Assembly: GCA_951406725.2 (NCBI GenBank)
Contig: OX597827.1
Coordinates: 41,974,001 to 42,038,000 of the forward strand
DNA length: 64,000 bases
Source of the DNA: Octopus vulgaris
Lineage: Eukaryota
Direction of reading: 5' to 3'
Shown: in pieces, positions 1 to 13,421 of the stretch
Numbering within the stretch: position 1 is the stretch's first letter
How the letters are laid out: every line of letters starts with the position of its first letter
Position numbers and translations under genes: made by a program
The notes under the pieces: model-generated
What the model was told of the DNA's origin: nothing
Seen by the model: the letters and a program-made list of their open reading frames with translations, nothing else
Database searches by the model: none

Positions 1-52
1 GGTACTGCATCAGGGCATTTATTATTATTATTATTATCATTATTATTATCTA

Positions 53-255
53 AGGCGGTGAGCTGGCAGAATCGTTACCGTGCCACGCAAAATGTTTAGC
101 TGCATTTCATCCGTTTTTTCAAATTCTGCCGAGGTTGACTTTGCCTTTCATCCTCTAGGGGGTCGATAAAATAGGTGCCATTTGAGCACTCGGGTCGATG
201 CAGTTGACTTATCCTCACCCCCGAAATTGCTGGCCTTGTTCCAAATTTTGAAAAA
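53..255 (+). mobile_element. SINE family A (tRNA-derived head, Nin/Deu-like central domain)
   Basis: ggcggtgagctggcagaatcg head, then gcctttcatcct...ggtcgataaaataggtgcca; homologous to about 10 other copies in the window. Confidence 0.75.
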
Positions 256-604
256 ATTATTGTTAGTTTTAATGTTGTTTTTAATATTGTAGTCTTTGTT
301 TTGAGGTGAATGGGTATGTTGTCAAATCGTTCCGTAGTATTTTGATTTCTGCTAAATTTTTTCTAAATTCTACCAAACTCTACGGATTTTTTTTTTTCAT
401 TTTTGATTATTTTGCAAACAGATATAGCTCAGATTGCGTAGATATTTAATTCAACGCTTCAGGAGTAGACGACACAAGTTTTCTTAGACATTCTCGTAAG
501 GTTTCTGAAAAACATTATGGCTTCTGCTAATGGCGCACCCAGACAAATTAGAAGGAAAGAGAAAAGAACTTCACAAAATTTTCCACTGACAAGTAAACAT
601 TTAA

Positions 605-1336
605 CTCTTGAGCATTTAAACTGTCCAGATCCCGTCCAAATACTCTACTTGTTTTATACTCCACCCGACCATATCCAGACTCTCATACCTACCCTACAAT
701 GTCATTCTGAAAATAAACATCATCATCATCGAAATCTGGAAGCTACGAGATAATACGTAACTAAATTCAAATCGATTTAAATAAATAAGCATTATAACTG
801 ACACAGATGGCGCACTGGCCCCGTGGTTAGGGCAGCGGACTCGCGGTTTCAATTCCCAGACCGGGCATTGTGAGTGTTTATTGAGCAAAAACACCTAAAG
901 CTTCACGAGGCTCCGGCAGGGGGTAGTGGTGAACTCTACTGTACTCTTTCACCACAACTGTCTCTCACTCTTTCTTCCTGTTTCTGTTATGCCTGTATTT
1001 CAAAGGGCTAGCCTTGTCACACCCTGTGTCACGCTGAATCTCCTCGAGAACTACGTTAAGGGTACACGTGTCTGTGGAGTGCTCAGCCACTTGAACGTTA
1101 ATAAATGAACTGTAACGTCACTGGTGCCAAGCTGTATCGGTCTTTGCCTTTTCCTTGGATAACATCGGTGGCGTGGAGAGGGGAGGCTGGTATGCATGAG
1201 CGGCTGCTAGTCTTCCATAAACAACCTTGCCCAGACTTGTGCCTCGCAGGTTAACTTTCTAGATGCAATCCCATGGTCATTCATGACCGAAGGTGGTCAC
1301 AACAATAACTGACAGAGTAATCTGAATGCTAAAGGG
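605..1336. mobile_element. piggyBac-type MITE interrupted by a SINE-B insertion
   Basis: TTAA at 601-604 and 1337-1340; imperfect terminal inverted repeats ctcttgagcatt / aatgctaaaggg; no coding capacity. Confidence 0.6.
808..1304 (+). mobile_element. SINE family B copy with an alternative 3' tail
   Basis: tRNA-like head tggcgcactggccccgtggttagggcagcggactcgcgg; body matches 47940-48311; flanked by the duplicated target ataactgaca(c)aga. Confidence 0.8.
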
Positions 1337-1610
1337 TTAAAACACTTCTCTGGTTGAACTATCTTGACAAGGTTGGAGCTATGTTAATTTTAACAGGATA
1401 AGTGCATAGTTTCACTCCAAGAGCTTGGGTCGAGTTGAGAATGTGGTAAAGGTAAAATGTTCAAGAAGTGACACAATAGGATCGAACATTGGCCCAGAAA
1501 CTTCTTAAGCTTTCATGCTTGACACGTATACACAAAAACATATGCAAACACAAACTCACACACGCATATGTATGTAGCTATGTGTGTCTGTGTATATGTG
1601 TATGTGTGTG

Positions 1611-2020
1611 CGAGCTGGCGGAAACGTTAGCACGCCGGGCGAAATGCTTAGTAGTATTTCCTGTGCCACTACGTTCTGAGTTCAAATTCCGCCGAGGTCG
1701 ACATTGCCTTTTATCCTTTCGGGGTCGATTAAATGAGTACCACTTACGCACTGGGGTCGATATAATCGACTCAGTCCGTTTGTCTGTCCTTGTTTGTCGT
1801 CTCTGTGTTTAGCCCCTTGTGGGTAGTAAAGAAATACGTATTTCTTCTGCCGCTACGTTCTGAGTTCAAATTCCGCCGAGGTCGACTTTGCCTTTCATTC
1901 ATTCGGAGTCGATCAAATAAGTACCAGTTACGCAATGGGGTCGATATAATCGATTTGATCCGTTTGTCTGTCCTTGTTTGTCTCCTCTGTGTGTAGCCCC
2001 TTGTGGGTAGTAAAGAAATA
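1611..2020 (+). mobile_element. SINE-A, head plus two tandem ~182-bp body units
   Basis: ctacgttctgagttcaaattccgccgaggtcgac...agccccttgtgggtagtaaagaaata occurs twice. Confidence 0.8.
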
Positions 2021-2303
2021 AGTATGTGTGTGTGTATTATAAATATATAACTGTGCATGTATGTATATTTATATGAATGTGTGAGTGTATGTCATCGTAT
2101 ATGTGTTTGTCCCTCACCACCACTTGATAACCGGTGTTACAGTGTTTACATCACCTTAACCTAACTGTACGGCAAAAGAACCCGATAGAATGAGTACCAG
2201 ACTTAAAAAACTAAATATATATAGGTGTCGATTCACTCGATTAAAAATTCTTCAAAGCGATGCCTTACCATGGCCGCAGTCTAATATCTGAAACAAGTAA
2301 AAG

Positions 2304-2403
<100 letters not shown>

Positions 2404-2692
2404 AATATACATATGCATGCATATACGTATTTATTAATTTACTCAATTGTCTCATTCAATGCGTATGTATGTGTGTATGTATGCATGCATGCCTGTCTAT
2501 CTGTCTTTCTGTCTCTCGATCTATCTATCGACATACATATACACACACACATATATATAAGTACATACATATACCTAGGTATATATATATCTATGTGCGT
2601 GTGTATTCATGCATACGCACGCAAAAATTGAAACACACACACACAAAGATGCACACTGCCACACGCACACACACACACACACAATGTATATT

Positions 2693-2769
<77 letters not shown>

Positions 2770-2858
2770 GAAGAGTTTACGAAAAAAGCAAAAGACGAAG
2801 TCAGGTGGTGTACAAAACAAACAGATGTATCAGTATAACGCTCAGGAATAGAAAAGGT

Positions 2859-2894
2859 CTTTTACGTTTCGAGCCTACGCTCTTCTACAGAAAG
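2859..2894 (-). ncRNA. Degenerate minimal type I hammerhead-like motif (Penelope pLTR remnant)
   Basis: minus strand cttt-CTGTAGA-a-gagc gtag gctc-GAAA-cg-TA-aaag; A6U change and one extra A in the core. Confidence 0.4.
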
Positions 2895-3093
2895 GGACAC
2901 AGAAAAAGCAAGGAGAGAAACAAGGAAAGAAACAAGGAAAGAAAAAAATGTGCGTAGTGACGAACGATCTATCATGGCGACTGACTCGGACATATATATA
3001 TATATATATTAATATGTGTATACCAGAGTAAGCACATAAATACAAAACAAGGTGGAAAAAATAGTACTCGAATACCGGGGGTAGAATAATATG

Positions 3094-3257
3094 CTTTATT
3101 AAAAAGCAGCAAAAATATCACAAAAACTGAACTGTTACTCAGAATTTCCCGAACAAGTTCGCCGGACTGCTTTGTTAAAACAAAATTGTCCGACGAACGG
3201 GAACGTGAAACTCTGAGTAACAGTCCTCGTGACTTATTTTTGCAGCTCTTTAATAAA

Positions 3258-3258
<1 letters not shown>
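3094..3258. repeat. Imperfect inverted repeat in (TA)n with a hammerhead-like motif at 3185-3224
   Basis: ctttattaaaaagcagcaaaaat...ctgttactcaga versus tctgagtaacag...atttttgcagctctttaataaag. Confidence 0.65.
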
Positions 3259-3341
<83 letters not shown>

Positions 3342-3704
3342 ATGTGTGTGTGTGTGTGTGTATAATGACAGGCACAAAATTAAATAGATGGACAATCTGC
3401 CTGGTTACGTCTCGAGATTCGATTAGTCATGTTTATTGCAATGTCAAGTAAGATAGATTCTATCTCTTGCTCCATGTGTCAGTATGATTGATTAGTCAAG
3501 CCTAGCATGCAATTTTTTTTTAAAAAAAGACAATCCTTCCAACTACGTGAGTGGTTATAGACACTAACAAATACAACATATACATACATGCATACATACG
3601 TGTATACAAAAATCCATGCATACATACATATATACATTCATATATATGCGGGCACGCATCTGTGTTTTTGTTTGTGTGTGTGTGTTTGTGTGCGTGTATA
3701 CTCC

Positions 3705-4107
3705 TTTTTTACTTGTTTCAGTCACTTGTGTGTGGCCATGCTGGAGCACCGCCTTTAGTCGAGCAAATCGATCCCAGGACTTATTCTTTGTAAACCTAGT
3801 ACTTATTCTATCGGTATCTTTTTCCGAACTACTACGTTACGGGGACGTATACATACCAGCATCAGTTGTCAAGCGATGTTGGGGGAAGAAACACAGATAC
3901 ACAAACATATACACACACATACATACATATGTATATACATATATACGTCGGGCTTCTTTCAGTTTCCGTCTACCAAATCCACTCGCAAGGCTTTGTTCGG
4001 CCCGAGGCTATAGCAGAAGACACTTGCCCAAAGTGCCACGCAGTGGGACTGAACCCGGAACCATGTGGTTGGTAAGCAAGCTACTTACCACACAGCCACT
4101 CCTACGC
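3705..4107 (-). mobile_element. SINE family C, full length (tRNA head, CORE-like domain, internal microsatellite, LINE-like tail)
   Basis: reverse complement of ggagtggctgtgtggtaagtagcttgctt...ggcggtgctccagcatggcc...gactgaaacaagtaaaa. Confidence 0.85.
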
Positions 4108-4114
4108 TTATATA

Positions 4115-4149
<35 letters not shown>

Positions 4150-4640
4150 GTGTGCGTGTGTATGTGTATACCTTTTATATTTTACTTGTTGCAATTGTCG
4201 TTGAAGTATGACTAAGCTAAGATACCATTTTGAAGGGTTTTGTCGAAAAAGATATTGCTTTTTTATTAGCCTGGTTCTCATGCTGTTGGTCTCTTAATGC
4301 CTAGCTGCTAAGTTTTAGGGACGAAAAAAAGACCAACACCATTTGTCAAGCGATGTGGTTGGGTGGGACAAATACTATACAAGAACACTGACACACGCTC
4401 GCATATAGATACATACATACACACACATATAGTTTCTTATTTCTTTATTGCCCACAATGGGCTAAACATAGAGGGGACAAACAAGGACATACAAAGAGAT
4501 TCTGTCGATTACATCGACCTCAGTGCGTAACTGGTACTTAATTTATCGATCCCGAAAGGATAAAAGGCAATATGTATATATGTGTGTGTGCGTGTGTGTG
4601 TGTATGTATGCATATGTGTGTGAGTGTGTGTATCTATGTA

Positions 4641-4680
<40 letters not shown>

Positions 4681-5289
4681 CACACACAATTTCGATCTTT
4701 TATAGGGTCACAAAAGAAAACATTTCACCTTTGCTATGATCCTGGTCAGGTCCGTTGTTAAACTTTCTGCAACTGTTCCATGTATAGCATTAATAATCGG
4801 ACAAAATCGACAATAATTTGGCTAAGCTTATTGAGTTGCAAAAGTTCATGACCCTGTGTTTGGAAACCATTGGCCTGAAAGCACTAATATATAGAGAATA
4901 TTATTTGTTTGTTCCGAAATATATCCTGTAACAACGGGTAGCAAATCGAATATCGTCTGCTCCGTTAACAGAAAAACAAAATGGCGGAACGTTTGACGGA
5001 TAACTGTTTAATACTTGTGAAATATATTGATTATTGTCTCAAATAATCTTGTGTTTACATATGTTAATAGTGACCGACGTTCTGATACAATGTGTAAACA
5101 CGATATCACATCTCCTTCTCCTGTGATCTATATCCACAGCAGACGAATTCTCAAGTTCCGTTCCTCCACCTCGCTCCAACAAAATCTAACTAATAACGAA
5201 AAACAAAATTGCAATGTACTCACATTGCTTTCAAAATTTGGCAAAAGGCCGGTAAATGCGAGGCAAGTTATCTTGTCGAGTCATACCGA

Positions 5290-5513
5290 CTCATAAGGGC
5301 TGGTTTCCCGGTTTTCATAGTGTACATATTCCCAACCTGGATGGGACGCCAGTCCCTCAAAGGATTACTCACTTTTGCCAGCTGGCTGGACTGGAACAAC
5401 ATGAAATGAAGTCTTTTGATCAAGAATACAACGCATCGCCAGGACCAGGAATCGAAACGACAATCTTACGATCATGTGCCCAACACCCTAACCACTAAGC
5501 CACGCACCTCCAC
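5290..5513 (-). mobile_element. SINE-B-related CORE-type SINE
   Basis: head tggaggtgcgtggcttagtggttagggtg; body related to 37468-37710. Confidence 0.7.
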
Positions 5514-5524
5514 CTAATTGGTGG

Positions 5525-5875
5525 AGGGAATTACATCGACCCTCCTGAGATCAAATGATACTTAATTTTTCGACCCCGTAAAGATGATGGGCAAAATCGA
5601 CGACGGCGGAATTTGAACTCAGAATGTAAAGACGAACTAAACCCAGCTAAACATTATGTCCGGTGCGGAAATGATTCCTACTCATAATGATTTCGAATTT
5701 TGAAACAAGGCCAGCAATTCTGAGGGAATGAGAAAGTCGATTACATCGATCCTAGTGATCAACTCTAATTATTTTATAGCCCCAGAAAATATGAATAGTG
5801 AACTGGACCTCGGTTGGATTTGAATTCAAAACTTAAGTACGAGGAGAAATGTCATTGACCGTTGTTTCCTCTCGC
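5525..5875 (-). mobile_element. Two diverged SINE-A units
   Basis: attacatcgac...ggcggaatttgaactcagaa repeated twice, degenerate. Confidence 0.6.
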
Positions 5876-6708
5876 CATATAATAATGCGCAAGTGCTAGC
5901 TCAGGTGTGTGTTGTGCCATCTCTACAGGTTTTATCGCTTCGTCCTCAGCTTTACATGCTCAACACACAATTCCATGAGCTTTCTGTTAGAGGTATATAT
6001 TTTGCCAATCAATTACGGCAAGGATTTCTGCCGAACTGATAATCTGATGGCCTATACAAGCTCCGCCCATTTTCCTAGTAACACACACAGACACAAACAC
6101 AGACACACAGGCACACACACACAGAATCACGCCTGCACGTATGCATGCATGTATGTATGTATGCATTTATGTTTGTATACATGTATGTATGTATATATGG
6201 AGGCACATGGCCGCGGACGTGTTTATGAGCGAAAGACCTAAGCTCCACGCGGCTCCAGCAGAAGGTATTGGCGAACTTCTGCTGACTCTTTCGCCTTAAC
6301 TTTCTCTCACTCTTTCCTCCTGCATCTTGCAGCTCACCTGCGACGGACCGGCGTCATATTTATATATGACGGGCTTCTACATAGTTTCCTTCTACCAAAC
6401 TCACTCACAAGGTATTGCTTGACCTGGGGCTATAGTAGAAGACATTTGCTCACGATGTTGTGCCATAGGACTGGACCCGAAACCACATGGTTGTGAAGCG
6501 AACTTCTAGACCACATGCCATAAACAGTAATATACATGCATACATAAATACATGCATACATATATACATACATACATACGCACACATGTATGTGTGTGTG
6601 TGTGTGTGGTCACGCGCACGTTTATATGTATTCCTCATTCACTTTGTGTATATATATATATATATGCAAGTCTATCAGTATGTGTTTGAATTTAAATTTG
6701 ACATCCAG

Positions 6709-6809
<101 letters not shown>

Positions 6810-6832
6810 GTGTATATATATATATATACACG

Positions 6833-6868
<36 letters not shown>

Positions 6869-6924
6869 TGTGTGTGTGGGGGGTTGTTTGTTTGTTTGTT
6901 TGTTTGTGTGTGTGTGTGTGTGTG

Positions 6925-7120
6925 TGTGTCCAACATCGCTTGACAACCGATGCTGGTGTGTTTACGTCCCAGTAACTTTAGTGGTTCAGCAAAAGAGACC
7001 GATAGAATAAGTACTAGGCTTACAAAGAATAAGTCCTGGGGTCGATTTTCTCGACTAAGGGCGGTGCCCCAGCATGGCTGCAGTAAAAAATGAGTGATAC
7101 AAGTAAAAGAATAAAAGAAT
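6925..7120 (+). mobile_element. SINE-C 3' half
   Basis: caacatcgcttgacaaccgatgctgg...ggcggtgccccagcatggc. Confidence 0.8.
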
Positions 7121-7339
7121 AATAGAATACAAGAATGAGTTAAAATAATGAAATAAGAACAATTATAAACGAGCGAAGAAAAAATTTATAGTGCGTGTGT
7201 TTATTTGGCAAAAAAAATTACCAACCCGAAATACAACAATATATATATGTATACCTGTGTATGTGTGTGTGTGTGGGTGTGCGTGTGTGTTTGTGCAAGT
7301 GTGTGTGTGTAAACGAAAGAATCAGTGTTTCTCAAAGAG

Positions 7340-7641
7340 CAAATTGACCGATCGATAAAAGTCGATAAAACGAACATCAGAACGTATACGTACTGAAGTC
7401 GCTATCATTGTCGAGAAAGTCCCTCAGAAGGGGTTGCTCCATTATGACCTCAGTTCAATAACTGCAACCATTTCCTCCAAATAGACGCCTTCTTTACAAC
7501 CAGGGCTAAACTAGGTCGAAACTACATGAATAACAGCAACAGCAACAACAACATCAACGGCTCTAAATGCCTCTGGGCATCAGTTCTGACCGTTTAATCG
7601 TTTCTTACGATACCCTCTCTCTCTCTCTCACTCTCTCACTC

Positions 7642-7685
<44 letters not shown>

Positions 7686-7880
7686 TCTCTTATCAATTAA
7701 ATATTGCTGTATCGATCTTTATAGACTATTTTCAGAGAAACCGTGCGAAATGGTTTGTAATTACTTTCAGGTTTCGACATAAGATATTGCAATATAAATT
7801 TCTATCTTTGTATAAACATCATATATAGAGATTCCCAATTCTACACTGCTCGCTGTAATCGCTCAGGGCAAATGGGGTAT
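7340..7880 (+). repeat. Local direct duplication, copy 1 (copy 2 at ~11480-12030)
   Basis: aatattgctgtatcgatctttatagactatt...gctcagggcaaatgg nearly identical at 7700-7875 and 11850-12026. Confidence 0.85.
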
Positions 7881-7908
7881 GCAGAATATATACACACACA
7901 CATATATG

Positions 7909-7975
<67 letters not shown>

Positions 7976-7984
7976 ATATATATG

Positions 7985-8015
<31 letters not shown>

Positions 8016-8049
8016 GTATGTTTATATGCATGTTTGACTCTTTGGTGTA

Positions 8050-8580
8050 TATACTGACGTAATATTCCGGTTATTCTTTGTCGTTCTGTATGTTCGTATT
8101 TAAAAACCTTATTATTCTGGATATTCAATTTTTATTCAGAGTTGCATTTTAAGCCGTTCTTTTGTCTCTCAACTGCCATAAGTATTCCAATCATAGCTAG
8201 TATATCATATTCGTGCCTGCATATTAGGTGTTTTGTTTTGATATTATACTATTTTCAATTGTGGATACATAGAATGCCGGAAACACTAGCCCTAGTGGAG
8301 AATCCATTGCCATTCCATCGGAGTGTTTGTACCTTCTGGCCAGAGAAAAGGCACTTCCGTTGCTTATACCACGCGTAGTTGACATTCTGAAATAAATTTG
8401 CTAATATTGAAGGTGATACTATTTTTCGATGTTTATCTAAGTTCTCTATTATAATTTCTGATGTTTCTGTCATTGGGACGTGAAAAACAAAGGAAGATTT
8501 CGGCAACAACTCTGTACAATAATTTATCATCCGAGATAATGCAAATGAGACCCGTTTACAGACATGTATACAAAGTGTTC
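8050..8580 (-). pseudogene. Decayed Penelope-like element reverse transcriptase fragment
   Basis: manual translation gives SSFVFHVPMTETSEIIIENL and, after a frameshift, DGMAMDSPLGLVFPAFYVSTIENSII, matching PLE RT motifs SLFTNVP..ETI and DGxAMGSPLG. Confidence 0.65.
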
Positions 8581-8899
8581 GAGCTAAATTTGACTAATTT
8601 ATGTCTCTTTTATTCAGGAACAGATTGATGTATTGGTGAACAGGCAACGGTTTTGGAGAGCATTAATAATAAAGTTGTATTTGAGAAAATGTTAGCTGAT
8701 ATGGAGGACTTGAATCCATCTGAAAATATGAAAAGAGTTAACAGTATTATAATGATTCCACCAAGTATCAAAATTCTGACATCAAAATGCAGGTATCAAA
8801 ATGCTGACATCGTGACGACTGCAGAGGTGATGAACACTGCAAAGGCTGTAAGATGTGACGAGGACAGCTGCAACGGAGACTACGAAACACTGTCTGACA

Positions 8900-9113
8900 G
8901 GAAAGCATTACATTATAAAATCCTGGCATATGAATACACACATATAACATATTATACTTAGAGACGTATGGGGATAAACTACGAACAGTTAAGTGCGGAA
9001 CAGACAAAAAACACTTATACATAGATATACACACAGACACTCTCAGATATTGGGTTTTAACAACTGGTTGCCGGGACTGCTATGACTAAGTGAGATCAGT
9101 ATGTGTGTGCGTG
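8900..9113. repeat. Inverted duplication, arm 1 (arm 2 at 12590-12807)
   Basis: ggaaagcattac...gactaagtgagatcagtatgtg is the near-exact reverse complement of 12590-12807. Confidence 0.9.
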
Positions 9114-9138
9114 TGTGTGTTTGTGTGTGTGTGCGTGT

Positions 9139-9192
<54 letters not shown>

Positions 9193-9239
9193 AAACATTC
9201 TGGATGGGTTCGCACGCCAGCATTCGTCCAAAAACTGAT

Positions 9240-9620
9240 GAACAGGGCCATAAGATCAATTCAGCCGTCTATGTGAAATTGCTGGAAGGTGAGCTCAAAC
9301 TCTGTCTGGAGATAGTTGCTGCTTAAAAACCATATGTTTGGCAGCAGGTTTCGGATTCTTGCCATGCTTCCAGAAAGGGACAGAACTGATTGTCAGAGAA
9401 TTCCTACGACTTCACCAGCACCCAGTTTCTGGTTTCTTTATTTAAAATTTCTCCGATTGTAATCTCGTGGATTACTATGTGTGGGGCACAGTTGAGTGAA
9501 ACATTAACAGCTCTGCCTGCAACGCAATTGCCGGAGCAAGTGGCTTGATCAAGGAGGTGTCGAGGATATTCCCCGGGAGGCAGTGAGATAAAGTTTGTAC
9601 CGGATTCTGGAGCCGTAGTA
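9240..9620 (+). pseudogene. Tc1/mariner-superfamily (maT/DD37D-like) transposase catalytic-domain remnant
   Basis: KINSAVYVKLLE...PYVWQQVSDSCHASRKGQN*LSEN...SPDCNLVDYYVWG, compare QQDSAPCH and SPDCNPLDYYVWG; stops and frameshifts. Confidence 0.7.
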
Positions 9621-9775
9621 GGAATGAACACGGAACCACGTGGCTGGTAAGCAAGCTACTTACGACAGCCACATATATATATACGTTTTCGGCATGAATC
9701 ACAGAGGCATGAAAGTGACAAAATACTTCTCTACTGATTCTGATTATGTCATGAAAATGTAATACAACACATCGC

Positions 9776-9818
<43 letters not shown>

Positions 9819-9838
9819 TACATACATACACATACATA

Positions 9839-10222
9839 TGGAAGCACTCCGTCGGTTACGACGATGAGGGTTCTGGTTGATCCGAATCAACGGAACAGCC
9901 TGCTCGTGAAATTAACGTGTAAGTGGCTGAGCACTCCACAGACACGTGTACCCTTAACGTAGTTCTCGGGGATATTCAGCGTGACACAGAGAGTGACAAG
10001 GCCGGCCCTTTGAAATACAGGTACAACAGAAACAGGAAGTAAGAGTGAGAGAAAGTTGTGGTGAAAGAGTACAGCAGGGATCACCACCATCCCCTGCCGG
10101 AGCCTCGTGGAGCTTTAGGTGTTTTCGCTCAATAAACACTCACAACGCCCGGTCTGGGAATCGAAACCGCGATCCTATGACCGCGAGTCCGCTGCCCTAA
10201 CTACTGGGCCATTGCGCCTCCA
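9839..10222 (-). mobile_element. SINE family B, full length
   Basis: reverse complement of tggaggcgcaatggcccagtagttagggcagcgg...accgacggagtgcttcca; near-identical to 47940-48311. Confidence 0.85.
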
Positions 10223-10871
10223 CACAAATGCATATAGGAACAGACACACACAAAGAGGTATAAATGCATATGAATGCATATTCGTTTATTCTTTCACATG
10301 TTTCAGCCATTGGACTGCGGTGATTATGGGACATCACTTTTAAGAGTTCAATGGAAAAAATCGATTCTAGTACTTATTTAAAAAAGCAACAACACTGGTT
10401 GCCAAGCAGTAGAGGACAAAGACAAAAGAAAAAAAAGTGTATGCACACACATGCTTATACCACGTTCACACACACACACACGCACACGCACACATGTACA
10501 CGCACAAAGTCATATACGTATATACAGCATTGGCTTCCGCACAGTTTCTGCCTACCAAATTCAACCACAAGACAATGGCTGGTTCTGGGTCACAGTATAG
10601 GACACTTGCCTCACAGTGGTTCGTAATGGGACCGAACACGAACCAACGTGGTTTGAAAGCTAATTTCTTAACTACATGGGTATGCATGTACATAGATGTA
10701 TCACTCACTCTCCCACTCACTCACGCACTCACTCATTGGCTCACTGCGTGTGTGCATGTGTGTGTACATATGTATGTATATATATCTTTATATATATATA
10801 AATATATATATATATGTATATATATGTATATATATATACATACATATATATATATATATATACATATCTGC

Positions 10872-10916
<45 letters not shown>

Positions 10917-10989
10917 TGTATATGCATGTCTACCACACACATACACATATATCTACAAATAGATAAATATATAGACGCATAGACACACA

Positions 10990-11396
<407 letters not shown>

Positions 11397-11479
11397 CGTA
11401 TTTGTATTTATGTTTGAAAAGCACTCACAAAAATGAGAGAGGAACATACAGAAAATTTTTGTATTGTGTCAAAAGGGTA

Positions 11480-11788
11480 ACTTGGCCAATCGATAATATC
11501 GATCAATAAAGTAAACAACAGCCTGACTAAGTGCTGGGGTCACTATCGTTCACGAGAAAGCCCCAATGAAAGCGTTGTCCCAGTATGGCCGCAGTCCAAT
11601 ATATGAAACCATTAAACAGCAAAAAAAAAAAAGAAGACTGCTCGACGATCAGAACTAAATTAGGTTGAAACAAGAACAACGACAACAACAGCAGCAACAA
11701 CAACAACATCAGTAACAATACTGACTCTAAACGCCGTAGGACATCAGATCTGACCGTTTAATCGTTTCTTCCGACACCCACCTCACTC

Positions 11789-11830
<42 letters not shown>

Positions 11831-12030
11831 TCTCTCTCTCTTAACAATTTAATATTGCTGTATCGATCTTTATAGACTATTTGCAGAGAAACCGTGCGAA
11901 ATGGTTTGTAATTACTTTCAGGTTTCGATATAAGATATTGCAATATAAATTTTTACCTCTATGTAAACATCATATATAGAGATTCCCAATTTTACGCTGT
12001 TCGCTACAATGGCTCAGGGCAAATGGCGTA
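11480..12030 (+). repeat. Local direct duplication, copy 2
   Basis: homologous to 7340-7880. Confidence 0.85.
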
Positions 12031-12367
12031 CGTATGTTAGTATATATGTACGTACGTACGTATGTACTTATGTAAGTATGTACGTACGTACGTATGTATG
12101 TATGTATGTATGTATGTATGTATGTATGTATGTATGTATGTATGTATGTATGTATGTATGTACGTACGTACGTATGTATGTATGTATGTATATATGTATG
12201 TATGTACGTACGTACGTATGAATGTATGTATGCATGTATGTATGTATATATATATATATGCATTATTCAAACACACACGTATAAGTGTAAATATATGTAT
12301 ATGCACTTATACATTTATGTATAGACACACACATATATGTACATATATGTATATATGTATATATATA

Positions 12368-12437
<70 letters not shown>

Positions 12438-12589
12438 ATTTATATATGTATATATAAGTCATATATATACATATATATATGATATATAATATACGCACGT
12501 ATTCGTGTACACATACAAGCACACAAAGCCACATACACACATACACACACACACTTACGCACACACACACATGCACACACAAATACGCA

Positions 12590-12807
12590 CACGCACACAC
12601 ATACTGATCTCACTTAGTCATAGCAGTCCCGGTAACCAGTTGTTAAAACCCAATATCTGAGAGTGTCTGTGTGTGTGTATATCTATGTATAAGTGTTTTT
12701 TGTCTGTTCCGCACTTAACTGTTCGTAGTTTATCCCCATACGTCTCTAAGTATGATATGTTATATGTGTGTATTTATATGCCAGGATTTTATAACGTAAT
12801 GCTTTCC
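12590..12807. repeat. Inverted duplication, arm 2
   Basis: reverse complement of 8900-9113. Confidence 0.9.
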
Positions 12808-12958
12808 GTAATAAAGAAAACTTTTCATTGAAAAAGCGCAAGTATTCAAATCTACGTACATGGTTCCGTATAGCTAATGAGAGTGATTGCGTAACTTGTG
12901 TTCTTTTGTGATTCATTCAAGAACATTTGTGTGTGTTTGCGTGTGTGTGTGTAATACA

Positions 12959-12993
<35 letters not shown>

Positions 12994-13023
12994 GTATATA
13001 TATATATATACATAAGCATATAA

Positions 13024-13085
<62 letters not shown>

Positions 13086-13087
<2 letters not shown>

Positions 13088-13274
13088 TTTATTTTATAGA
13101 AGGAGCTTCTACAGGACTAGAACTGTTTCATTCAAATGAAATCATCAGGAAGCTTATTTGAATGAAACAGTTCTAGTCCTGTAGAAGCTCCTTCTATAAA
13201 ATAAATTAATTTACTCTGCCATGTATTGAGTACCTTATTTACTGTGGTTAACCCCGACTCAACCCGGGACCTAC

Positions 13275-13275
<1 letters not shown>
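13086..13275. mobile_element. Penelope-like pLTR remnant (fold-back) embedded in (TA)n
   Basis: ~50-bp essentially perfect inverted arms at 13087-13137 and 13156-13206; contains a hammerhead; TA tracts on both sides. Confidence 0.6.
13104..13154 (-). ncRNA. Type I hammerhead ribozyme motif
   Basis: agcttc-CTGATGA-tttcatttgaat-GAAA-cag ttctagtc ctg-TA-gaagct: 6-bp stem I, canonical core, stem III; stem II has a closing U-U mismatch. Confidence 0.7.
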
Positions 13276-13349
<74 letters not shown>

Positions 13350-13421
13350 GTTTAAATCTATAGAAAAACAAAGTCCAGGACAACAAGCTTAAGAGTGGCT
13401 GTGGGGTAAGTAGCTTGCTTA

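Noticed and set aside
517-753. 78-aa ATG-initiated ORF
   Set aside because: Runs into the piggyBac-type MITE; no recognisable homology.
3616-4215. Recurrent peptide [38 protein letters not shown] in many ORFs
   Set aside because: Antisense translation of SINE-C, not a protein family.
4975-5046. aaaatggcgg (YY1-like / start-codon context)
   Set aside because: Frame closes after 21 codons, no clear splice donor or CpG island; a single motif is insufficient.
8653-8961. 102-aa ORF with non-repetitive sequence
   Set aside because: Only a vague resemblance to piggyBac transposase N-termini; no diagnostic motif, so not called.
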